A stretch of 33,905 nt of DNA from an uncultured bacterium (GTDB lineage Bacteria > Hydrothermota > UBA3073): assembly GCA_964603075.1 (NCBI GenBank), contig CAZRTU010000001.1, positions 1-33,905 of the forward strand, written 5' to 3'. Numbering within the stretch: position 1 is the first letter of the stretch; each line of letters opens with the position of its first letter. The notes beneath the pieces are model-generated. The model had not been told where the DNA came from, searched no databases, and saw nothing but the letters and a program-made list of their open reading frames with translations. The position numbers and the translations under genes are program-made. Below are positions 17,667 to 25,196 of the stretch, in pieces.

Positions 17667-17693
17667 TATAATCTACTAAAATGGTAGACTATA
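17667..17693. promoter_or_regulatory. 27-bp AT-rich inverted repeat, candidate Rrf2 operator
   Basis: TATAATCTAC-TAAAATG-GTAGACTATA, with 9/10 arm matches. It lies in the 179-bp gap between the Rrf2 stop and the osmC start. Confidence 0.4.
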
Positions 17694-17703
17694 TGCGTAA
17701 AAT

Positions 17704-18141
17704 TTAAGGGCTCTCTGTAGCCTTGCTATCGAAATTATCTTTAGACAGTTCAAGCAGTGTGATTGAATCAAGAAAGGAGGCTATGTGGTTTTCAAGTCTT
17801 TCCCAGTATATGTGGCAGGTGCATTTATCCAATCTGCTACACCTCCTATTGGTGCTGCTCTCTACACAACGGACAGTTGTTATGGGACCTTCTGCCGCGC
17901 GAATGATGTCCCCAATCTTGATTTCAGCAGGGCTTTTCCCCAGCATATAACCACCACTTCTGCCTCTTTCACTCGTTAATAATCCCGATTTTTTTAACTC
18001 GCTGAATAATCTTCCAAGGTATTTTTTCGACATATCCTGCTTCTCTGATATGTATTTTAGCGAAACCGGACTATTCTTTTCATGTCTCGTCACCTCCAGC
18101 ATCGCCCTGAGTGCGTATCTGCCCCTTGTAGATATTCTCAT
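17704..18141 (-). CDS. Rrf2-family transcriptional regulator (probable Fe-S cluster type)
   Basis: Starts MRISTRGRYALRAMLEV with a winged HTH. Cys cluster CVESSTNRRCSRLDKCTCH. The start is moved to ATG 18141 because the ORF-track start at 18222 lies inside a perfect promoter. Confidence 0.85.
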   Translation of the reverse strand: MRISTRGRYALRAMLEVTRHEKNSPVSLKYISEKQDMSKKYLGRLFSELKKSGLLTSERGRSGGYMLGKSPAEIKIGDIIRAAEGPITTVRCVESSTNRRCSRLDKCTCHIYWERLENHIASFLDSITLLELSKDNFDSKATESP

Positions 18142-18193
18142 TGTTGAAGTAAGGTCTTGACTTGGGATGATATTTAGGATTAATTGTTCCGTA

Positions 18194-18222
18194 ATTATAA
18201 CATAATAAATGTCGTTTGTCAA
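18194..18222 (-). promoter_or_regulatory. Consensus sigma70-type promoter of the Rrf2 gene
   Basis: The minus strand reads TTGACA, then a 17-nt spacer (AACGACATTTATTATGT), then TATAAT. Confidence 0.7.
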
Positions 18223-18299
18223 TCAAAAACTGACTGGAGAGGTGGCTAATTGCAAAGATAGCATAATATACCAGATTAACTGAAAAGAGAAAAGGGAGG

Positions 18300-18316
18300 A
18301 GAGAAGGAGAAAGGGA
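18300..18316 (+). repeat. Polypurine repeat word (17-mer) with an inverted copy at 15221-15237
   Basis: AGAGAAGGAGAAAGGGA is the exact reverse complement of 15221-15237 (TCCCTTTCTCCTTCTCT). Both copies lie in intergenic gaps of the minus-strand cluster. Confidence 0.75.
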
Positions 18317-18464
18317 AAAGGAAAGGATAAAGGATTTTAAGATTCATGACTCAATGCCCCCAAGACTCACAATAGACACTCCCTGTGGAATAGCACTGCA
18401 TTCCACGGGATAAATAAGAACTATGGACTGAGAACTTCCAAAGGATAAGGTTTGCTACGGCGCT

Positions 18465-19772
18465 TTATCGCACGATGGTCAGTCTCTCCCTAAAGGCAGA
18501 TGAGCCATAAATTATCCAGAGCAAATAAACACCGCTTGAGAGTTCTCTGCCCATCATGTCTGTACCATCCCAGGATACAGTGTGGGTATAAGATGGGTAG
18601 GTATTGTTGTTAAAATGCCAGATAAGTCTGCCTGACAGGTCATAGATGGCTACCATGAAAGACAATTCCTTATGTACTGAGCGGCAAGTGTCTCTTTTTG
18701 ACTCCAAGATTATGTGAGTCTCTTTACAGAATGGATTGGGCGATACAGAGAATTTCAGGTAGGGATAGGGTATCTCGAGTATTCCCTGTGGTGGCTCATA
18801 GATGGCTATGCTCTGTGGTCCGTCACCCACATTGAATACCCCTATATTATTGCCATCTGGAGAGAGTTTTGTCACAACATCTTCCATAAAGCTACACACG
18901 TAACAATTCCCATCACTGTCACAGTCAACGCCCATTACACCTGTTCCTAAGAGGATCGGGTTGGAGTTTCCATGAATGATCCTCTCGGTTTGGGTGTCTA
19001 TCATATAAACATGTCCGTAGTCTATCCAACCGCCAGCACCTATCCAGGCTTTTCGGTCTTGGGATATTGAGATAGAGATCGGTGTCCCTCCTATTGGCAG
19101 TGTGTCAATAACCTCATGCGTCTTAGAATTTATCCTGTGGACGCTACCGGCTGTTGTAGAATAATTGCCCGTGCAGACAGCATATAGTTCACCTTCATAA
19201 TCAACGGCTAAATTTTGGGGATTCTTACCAACCTGTACGGAATCCAAGACAGAGTTGGTTTTTGTATCAATAACGTAAACCATCCCGTTGCCCCATGTCC
19301 AGGTGCTCGGGTCGAATGAGGAGATGGCTACAAATAATTTGTAATCCGAGATACATAAACCCTCAGGTGATAATCCCACCCCGATTGTATCTACGATCTC
19401 TCCTGTATTTACATTTATACAAAAGACAGAGTTCACACACAGGGCGCTTACGTATGCTATCGAGTCATTAAGGAACTCCATAGCGTAGGGATTGCTACCA
19501 TCTGGTAGTATGATTATGTCCAAGATATTGTCGTTCGATATGTCGATTTTATAGATATCGTCGGAGGTTGAATTAACTATATATATCTTATCTTTATTTA
19601 TACAGATCCAGTTCGGTGCGAGACCGAGGGTGGCGATATCGTTTTCTACCTGGCTGGTTTCTAAGTCTATGCTGGAGAGGGTCTCACCGATACCATTGAC
19701 AACGAAAGCGGTTCTGGGCATAGGGTCACAAAGAAAGATTGACATTGTTATATTGAAGATAACGGCATACAT
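18465..19772 (-). CDS. YVTN/YncE-like beta-propeller protein with T9SS C-terminal sorting domain
   Basis: ATG 19772 is preceded by AGGGGGA. It has a hydrophobic N-terminus. Blade motifs recur (G..P..I.......YIVN; GLSPEGLCISDYKLFVA; VGKNPQNLAVDYEGELYAV; IGGTPISISIS). The C-terminus SPNPF...IYDLSGRLI...GVYLL...LTIVR is T9SS-CTD-like. It lies 62 nt downstream of the TonB receptor. Confidence 0.7.
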   Translation of the reverse strand: MYAVIFNITMSIFLCDPMPRTAFVVNGIGETLSSIDLETSQVENDIATLGLAPNWICINKDKIYIVNSTSDDIYKIDISNDNILDIIILPDGSNPYAMEFLNDSIAYVSALCVNSVFCINVNTGEIVDTIGVGLSPEGLCISDYKLFVAISSFDPSTWTWGNGMVYVIDTKTNSVLDSVQVGKNPQNLAVDYEGELYAVCTGNYSTTAGSVHRINSKTHEVIDTLPIGGTPISISISQDRKAWIGAGGWIDYGHVYMIDTQTERIIHGNSNPILLGTGVMGVDCDSDGNCYVCSFMEDVVTKLSPDGNNIGVFNVGDGPQSIAIYEPPQGILEIPYPYLKFSVSPNPFCKETHIILESKRDTCRSVHKELSFMVAIYDLSGRLIWHFNNNTYPSYTHTVSWDGTDMMGRELSSGVYLLWIIYGSSAFRERLTIVR

Positions 19773-19834
19773 AGAAATCCCCCTTATTAATCCGGCTGTT
19801 TGGTGAGGCACGCGAAATATTTATACCTGGTGCC

Positions 19835-21871
19835 TTATAGGGATAGTCTAATGCTCAATGACCATGACCTCATCGGCATTGGATATCTCTCGAGAATCTC
19901 GTATTGTTGGTTTGTTAGATTATCTATCTCTACCCTTATCTCTGTATTCTTTCTCAAGATAGAGGTATTGAGACCCAAATTGAGGGCTATAACACTATAT
20001 GCAGATAGCCATTTTGTATTGGCTTCACGGATTGCTCTTTTGTCTACCCACCTCCACTCAAAGTTTAAAAAAAAGGGTTCGTATCTTGTCGAGGCTCTCA
20101 GGGTTATCGTGTGTTTTGGTCTTAAAACAAGATAGTTGCCGTAGTAGTCCTCACCGTGGTTCTTGGCGTTTAGATATGTATGATTGGCCTCGAATTCCGC
20201 ATGCCCACACTCCCATGAGAGCTTTTCCTCTATCCCACTTATTATTGCATGACTTACATTCTGAGGGACATATCTATCGTAGAGACTCCTTCTCCATACT
20301 ATTATATTTCTAATATCCGTACGAAAAAAGGTGATATCGGCATTAACTATCCCCTGGAAAGGAACGGATAACCCGAATCCCGTCTCGAGGTTAGTACCCG
20401 TCTCTGGCAGAAGATCAGGATTCCCCATTGCAAAGATATCCGGCACCCAAAAGAGTTCATGGAATGAAGGCACTCTGTACGTTTTTCCCCAGTTCACATG
20501 AATAACGAATATATAATTTTCTCCGCTAGATAAGGCGATTCCCATCTTTGGTGTTACTATCGGCTCAAGGTTTTCCACCATGTCGCATCTCAGACCGAAG
20601 ATAGCCACACCCCTCACTTGGGAGCCAAATCTTGTTGTATTCTTACACCACAAAGATCCTCTCTCTCTTTCTCTTATCATATCGTTTTGAGGTCTAATTC
20701 TGTCTTCTGTGTCTAGAAGTGTGTATAAGTAAGAGCAACCGTATGATATGCTACCCTTCGCCCAGATACTTTCAGATTTCAGTATCTGCCCATAGGAGAT
20801 ATTATGGAAACCTGTGTTTATCTTTGACCAGGAAGATGGATCTCGGTATTCCCATAGGTCACCCGTGAAGTAAGTCTTAGAAGTAAGAAAGGGGAGAGTG
20901 ATGTCCGTCTGTAAGAAGGTCCTTGAGTCTGTTGAGCTTGCATCCTGGGTTGTTTGCTCTAAGGCACCCGGAAGTCTATTCTTAAGGAGAGAATGATGGA
21001 TTTTTACAGAAGCCTCGATATCTCTGTATTTAAACGGTATCTTAAAGAGCATATTGTATGAGGTAGACGATGAATTCTCCCTTATGTGTTCCTCGCCGGA
21101 TTCGTCTTTGTATATGAAATCATCAGTTTTTGAATACTGTAAGGAGAGAAAAGGATTGCAGATAATGCTGTAGTAATTTTTACCGAAACTGCCAAGTTCT
21201 AATTTTACTTTCGGTCCCTCCCTTTTCCGAGTTGTCAGGATGTTAATTATACCCCCTATTGCCTCCATCCCGTAGATTATTGAGCCACCCTTGATTACCT
21301 CTATTCGTTCAGTTATTTCAGCAGGAATAGATGAGATATCAAAAATACGTCCACCAAGTTCATTCATTAAAATGCCATCCATCAATATTAATACCTTATT
21401 TGGGTCACAACCCCTGATGGTTATAAATTTGCTCCCTCCCGTTTCTCTTATAAAGACACCAGGAAGAGAGCTCAAGATACCACCAAGGTCTTCTTGGTTC
21501 GACTCTTCAATATAATCTCTTTCCACTACAAAATAGTCTGGTGCCCTCGCATTAACGAGGATTTCTTCCATCGGTATAGGGGATGGGGCAAGGTAGAAGT
21601 CGACCCTCGCGGTCTTATCAATCTCCACATCAACCTGTTTGCTTTTTTTTTCGAATCCCATTAAACTTACAGAAAGTAGATATTTAGATGGTTGTATATC
21701 CATTATGGCATAACGACCGACTTCGTCGGTATAAGTTAAATACCCACTCTCTTCAATACATAGGCAGGCATTGGGAAGAGGGAGACCCGTCTCTCTATCT
21801 CTCACATAGCCCTTGACCTTAACGTCAGGATCGTTAGGGAGAATAGATAGGATGCACAAAAGGAGGAACAT
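19835..21871 (-). CDS. TonB-dependent receptor (BtuB-like by context) with CarboxypepD_reg-like N-terminal domain
   Basis: Signal peptide followed by VKGYVRDRETGLPLPNA...GRYAI (carboxypeptidase-regulatory fold). The plug region is LSSLPGVFIRETGG..FITIRGCDPNKVLILMDGILMN. A long beta-barrel follows. It is directly preceded by a cobalamin riboswitch. Confidence 0.8.
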   Translation of the reverse strand: MFLLLCILSILPNDPDVKVKGYVRDRETGLPLPNACLCIEESGYLTYTDEVGRYAIMDIQPSKYLLSVSLMGFEKKSKQVDVEIDKTARVDFYLAPSPIPMEEILVNARAPDYFVVERDYIEESNQEDLGGILSSLPGVFIRETGGSKFITIRGCDPNKVLILMDGILMNELGGRIFDISSIPAEITERIEVIKGGSIIYGMEAIGGIINILTTRKREGPKVKLELGSFGKNYYSIICNPFLSLQYSKTDDFIYKDESGEEHIRENSSSTSYNMLFKIPFKYRDIEASVKIHHSLLKNRLPGALEQTTQDASSTDSRTFLQTDITLPFLTSKTYFTGDLWEYRDPSSWSKINTGFHNISYGQILKSESIWAKGSISYGCSYLYTLLDTEDRIRPQNDMIRERERGSLWCKNTTRFGSQVRGVAIFGLRCDMVENLEPIVTPKMGIALSSGENYIFVIHVNWGKTYRVPSFHELFWVPDIFAMGNPDLLPETGTNLETGFGLSVPFQGIVNADITFFRTDIRNIIVWRRSLYDRYVPQNVSHAIISGIEEKLSWECGHAEFEANHTYLNAKNHGEDYYGNYLVLRPKHTITLRASTRYEPFFLNFEWRWVDKRAIREANTKWLSAYSVIALNLGLNTSILRKNTEIRVEIDNLTNQQYEILERYPMPMRSWSLSIRLSL

Positions 21872-21890
21872 AACGTTAGTGTGAAAGAAT

Positions 21891-22036
21891 AAAAAAAACC
21901 GAGCTTTACACTCGGTGGTATTACATTGACTCCACCCTCGAGAGTCATGTGTCTATTTGTACCAGGTATTCCGAGTGTAACGGCAGCGGGGCTCTGTCGG
22001 ATTTTCACCGTACTTTCCCTGCTATTTGACCTATTC
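21891..22036 (-). promoter_or_regulatory. Cobalamin (B12) riboswitch with terminator expression platform
   Basis: The minus-strand RNA reads AGGGAAAGUACGGUGAAAAUCCGACAGAGCCCCGCUGCCGUUACACUCGGAAUACCUGGU. This carries the conserved core and a B12-box-like element. It is followed by the terminator ACCGAG-UGUAAAG-CUCGGU plus U8 (21891-21916). The 5' boundary is approximate. Confidence 0.75.
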
Positions 22037-22405
22037 TATTTCGAGCTTATGGATATATTCTTTTGCAACACTTGCTATATCCACGATGTCTGAAAATTCT
22101 CGTATGACCTTGGCAAGGTGCCACTTGGCCTCTTTCTTCTCTCCGTTTGTGAATGACTTTAATCCTGCCTCCAGTAATTCAATGGCCTGTTTTCTTAACC
22201 TTGCCTCCTGTGCAGCCGACAATTTCTTTCTCGTTTCCACCCTATGTCTGGGCAGTCTATCGCCTCTTTTCAGACTCATCCTGCGTAATTTTGTTTCTAT
22301 GGATTTCCTCGTCACTCCGAAGTGCTTGGCGAGTTCACCATTACTCATATAGAGAAAATTACCTCTTATAAATTCCATATCTTCTTCAGACCATTTTTTC
22401 GCCAT
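22031..22405 (-). CDS. Small helix-turn-helix (Myb/SANT-like) protein, function unknown
   Basis: ATG 22405 is preceded by AAGGAGG. The N-terminus WSEEDMEFIRGNFLYMSNGELAKHFGVTRKSIETKLRRM looks like an HTH. The C-terminal half is helical and Lys/Glu-rich. Confidence 0.55.
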   Translation of the reverse strand: MAKKWSEEDMEFIRGNFLYMSNGELAKHFGVTRKSIETKLRRMSLKRGDRLPRHRVETRKKLSAAQEARLRKQAIELLEAGLKSFTNGEKKEAKWHLAKVIREFSDIVDIASVAKEYIHKLEIE

Positions 22406-22444
22406 CCACACCTCCTTTCATAATATGTTTGTCAAAGCCTGAAG

Positions 22445-22473
22445 ATTATACCATAGAATTTCTTAAAAGTCAA
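22445..22473 (-). promoter_or_regulatory. Consensus sigma70-type promoter of the HTH gene
   Basis: The minus strand reads TTGACT, then a 17-nt spacer (TTTAAGAAATTCTATGG), then TATAAT. Confidence 0.7.
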
Positions 22474-22553
22474 GTTTTTTCCCTTATTTTAGAACTATAT
22501 TCTCTTAATTAGCTGGAATCCTTTAGGGAGTTGGATTCTTGTTTCTTTTTCTC

Positions 22554-22582
22554 TTGACTTAACTTTTGTTTTGTGTTATAAT
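22554..22582 (+). promoter_or_regulatory. Consensus sigma70-type promoter of the DUF58 gene (implies a leaderless mRNA)
   Basis: TTGACT, a 17-nt spacer ending TGT (extended -10), then TATAAT. The ATG at 22589 lies only 6 nt after the -10 hexamer. Confidence 0.65.
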
Positions 22583-22588
22583 TGGCAT

Positions 22589-23470
22589 ATGAAAAAATAC
22601 ATAGATCCCCATATAATAGCACATATGAGATCTCTTGAGTTGAAGGCAAAGACGGTGGTGGATGGGTTTTTGGTTGGTTTACACAAGAGTCCTTACCATG
22701 GGTTCTCACAGGAATTTGTTGAACACAGGCAATACGATCCCGGCGATGACCCACGCCATATAGATTGGAAGCTGTATGGAAGGACGGATAGGTATTACCT
22801 AAAGCAGTTTGAGGAGGAGAGAAATCTTAGAGGTTATATAATCCTGGATGGTTCAAGGTCAATGGCTTATCGTAACCATGGTTCTATGAGCAAGTGGGAG
22901 TACGGTGTAGTAGTTGCTGCCTCCTTCGCTTATCTACTAGTCCTTAATAAGGATGCAATGTCTCTATCTATATTCGATACCTCCACGAGAGACTATACCC
23001 CACCTTCTACAACCAGGGCAGGTTTGAGCAGAGTTTTTGATACACTCGAGGAGTCCTCTCCAAAGGGCAAGACAGCGATAGGGAAGGCAGTAGAAGAACT
23101 GTCTGGCAAGGCGAGGAGGAGAGCCTTCGTTCTTGTTCTATCGGATCTATTCGCTAAAGGGGATTCCACGCTAAAGGCACTTATAAATCTGCACGCGAGG
23201 GGCAATGAGGTTGTGGTTGTTCAGATACTGGATAAGGCGGAGAGAGAATTCCCCTTTAGGGGCTCGGTGAGGTTTAAGGATATGGAAACGAGAGACGAGC
23301 TACTCGTTGATGCGAGTTCAATTAGAGACAGGTATAGAGAGATGATGGAAAGCTTTATCTCGAACACAAAGAATGAGTTGAGGAAGAATAACATAGACTA
23401 CATAGAAGTATATACTGACTCGCCGATCGAAAAAGTACTCTATTTCATATTGGAGAGAAAGGTGGTCTGA
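22589..23470 (+). CDS. DUF58 domain protein (vWA-like, MoxR/Bat-system associated)
   Basis: Hallmark motif GLHKSPYHGFSQEFVEHRQYDPGDDPRHIDWKLYGRTDRYYLKQFEEE. The start is set at ATG 22589 because the ORF-track TTG at 22571 lies inside the promoter spacer. Confidence 0.8.
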   Translation: MKKYIDPHIIAHMRSLELKAKTVVDGFLVGLHKSPYHGFSQEFVEHRQYDPGDDPRHIDWKLYGRTDRYYLKQFEEERNLRGYIILDGSRSMAYRNHGSMSKWEYGVVVAASFAYLLVLNKDAMSLSIFDTSTRDYTPPSTTRAGLSRVFDTLEESSPKGKTAIGKAVEELSGKARRRAFVLVLSDLFAKGDSTLKALINLHARGNEVVVVQILDKAEREFPFRGSVRFKDMETRDELLVDASSIRDRYREMMESFISNTKNELRKNNIDYIEVYTDSPIEKVLYFILERKVV

Positions 23471-23545
23471 GCAAATAAGTGTGTCTGCTCTAATTTTCTC
23501 TCTCTTAAATACCAGTGGACTCGTTTATAAAAGAATTATAAACCC

Positions 23546-25192
23546 ATGTTCTTCTCAGCACCCTTATATCTTTTAGGTCTTTTGGCCCTACCCATTCCTT
23601 TCATTATCCATCTCTTTGAGAGAAGAAGGGTAAAAAGGATTGATTTCCCCTGGCTTCGGCTGGTGGAGGAGTCAATAAAGGGAGGAAATCTATTTCTCAG
23701 GTTAAAAGAATGGATCCTTTTGGCCATGAGAACACTTGCATTGTTACTACTTATTATGGCTTTCGCAAACCCCACCTTGAGCAGGGAGAGAGGGATAATC
23801 GTAATAGATGACTCCTATGATATGTACACAAAGAGTGGGGAGGGTATACTTTTCGACGAGGCTAAAGATATTGCAGAGAGGACTGCTTCAGACAAGGGCT
23901 ATAATATTGTTTTGTCCTCAGGCAGGGGCTATGATAAAAATATAGAGCCATCTTTCAAGATGTACCACCCCCCTCAGGATGAAGAAGGAGATGTCATATT
24001 CATAACTGCGAAAATGATCCCACAGAAAGAGGGTATCATCATCCTCGAAGGAGAAAAAAACCTGCTATCGATAGATACTGTGTATCTAAAGGACCCACTA
24101 CCACAGACAGGAACAAGTAATACAATCAACGTTGGGGTGAGCAACCCCGGCGAGAACGAGGTAAGGAGAAATGTATTACTCCAGTGGCAGGGAGATAGAA
24201 GCTACATAGAGTTTTCCTTTCCTCCTGGACAGACATATTTCTCCCTCCCGATTGAATTTAATGGCCCAGGCAGTTATTCCGGATATGTTGATATCGGGGA
24301 AGATGCACTCTTTATTGATAATATTTACTATCTATCTTTTGAGGTTCCAAAGAAGATCACGGTGGGTGTCGTGGAAGGAGATGAAGGGTCATCCTTCTAT
24401 GTTGAAAGGGCTTTGAACCCAGAGGGGGTGAAAACAGAGTTCGAGTTGAGCAAGATAAGTCATCCGGGATTGATCAACAAAGATGTCCTGATATTCGTGG
24501 ACGCGCCATATGCGGAAAACGGAATCCCATCTCTGATATTTAGAGAGGGAGCGTCTGGGTACATCTCCAGGGATTTTTACTTTTCTTTAGGGGATATAGA
24601 CAGGGTTCACCCTATATTTTCTATTTTTGATGAGGAATGTATTGAAGAGATAGCCTCCCATAAGATATTCAAGAGAGCTGAGGCGGGTTTAGAAGGGAAG
24701 GTACTCGCCTACTTTTCTGATGGTCAGCAGGCTATTTTGCAGAGGGACAGTAATATGTTCTTTCAGTTTTTACCTACAGTAGAAAGTACGGATCTGGTTC
24801 TCTCACCAAACTTTCCACCTATTCTATATCGTACTATAAGGTATCTAAAGAAGGGTTTTGACTATCCCGCCATGACGTACTGCGGTAAAGATGTGAGGAT
24901 GAATGTGGACGAGAATCGTGTTTACGACGTGATTGACCTCACAGAAGAAGCGCGCTGGAAGGTTGCCCCCCTAAATGAAACAGAGGGTCTTTTTCTATCC
25001 TTTAGACCACCCCACCCTGGTATATACAGTATAGGTAGTGTAGGGAAGATCGCAGCAAACATAGAGAGAGGCTTCTTTAGAGCTAAGTGGTCGGATATGG
25101 ACAGGAGGTTTTCTTCATTGAAAAGGTGGTTCTTGCTTTTCTGTTTAGTCTTTTTAATATGTGAAATGTTGGTAAGAAACCTGAGGTCTTAA
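23546..25192 (+). CDS. BatA_N (aerotolerance-regulator N-terminal) domain membrane protein
   Basis: The N-terminal double-TM signature PLYLLGLLALPIPFIIHLFERRRVKRIDFPWLRLV is BatA_N/TIGR02226-like. There is a C-terminal TM segment (WFLLFCLVFLICEML). No obvious vWA MIDAS motif was seen. Confidence 0.65.
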   Translation: MFFSAPLYLLGLLALPIPFIIHLFERRRVKRIDFPWLRLVEESIKGGNLFLRLKEWILLAMRTLALLLLIMAFANPTLSRERGIIVIDDSYDMYTKSGEGILFDEAKDIAERTASDKGYNIVLSSGRGYDKNIEPSFKMYHPPQDEEGDVIFITAKMIPQKEGIIILEGEKNLLSIDTVYLKDPLPQTGTSNTINVGVSNPGENEVRRNVLLQWQGDRSYIEFSFPPGQTYFSLPIEFNGPGSYSGYVDIGEDALFIDNIYYLSFEVPKKITVGVVEGDEGSSFYVERALNPEGVKTEFELSKISHPGLINKDVLIFVDAPYAENGIPSLIFREGASGYISRDFYFSLGDIDRVHPIFSIFDEECIEEIASHKIFKRAEAGLEGKVLAYFSDGQQAILQRDSNMFFQFLPTVESTDLVLSPNFPPILYRTIRYLKKGFDYPAMTYCGKDVRMNVDENRVYDVIDLTEEARWKVAPLNETEGLFLSFRPPHPGIYSIGSVGKIAANIERGFFRAKWSDMDRRFSSLKRWFLLFCLVFLICEMLVRNLRS

Positions 25193-25196
25193 TAAT

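Noticed and set aside
18285-18340. ~55-nt polypurine tract as a coding low-complexity or triplex-forming element
   Set aside because: It lies in no ORF. It is better explained as part of the dispersed repeat family, given the exact inverted 17-mer at 15221-15237. Triplex/H-DNA potential cannot be judged from sequence alone.
22037-22060. TAGAAT -10-like hexamer inside the HTH gene's 3' end as a dedicated riboswitch promoter
   Set aside because: There is no acceptable -35 at 16-18 nt. The predicted TSS would also remove the 5' strand of the putative P1 helix. Read-through from the HTH promoter is more parsimonious.
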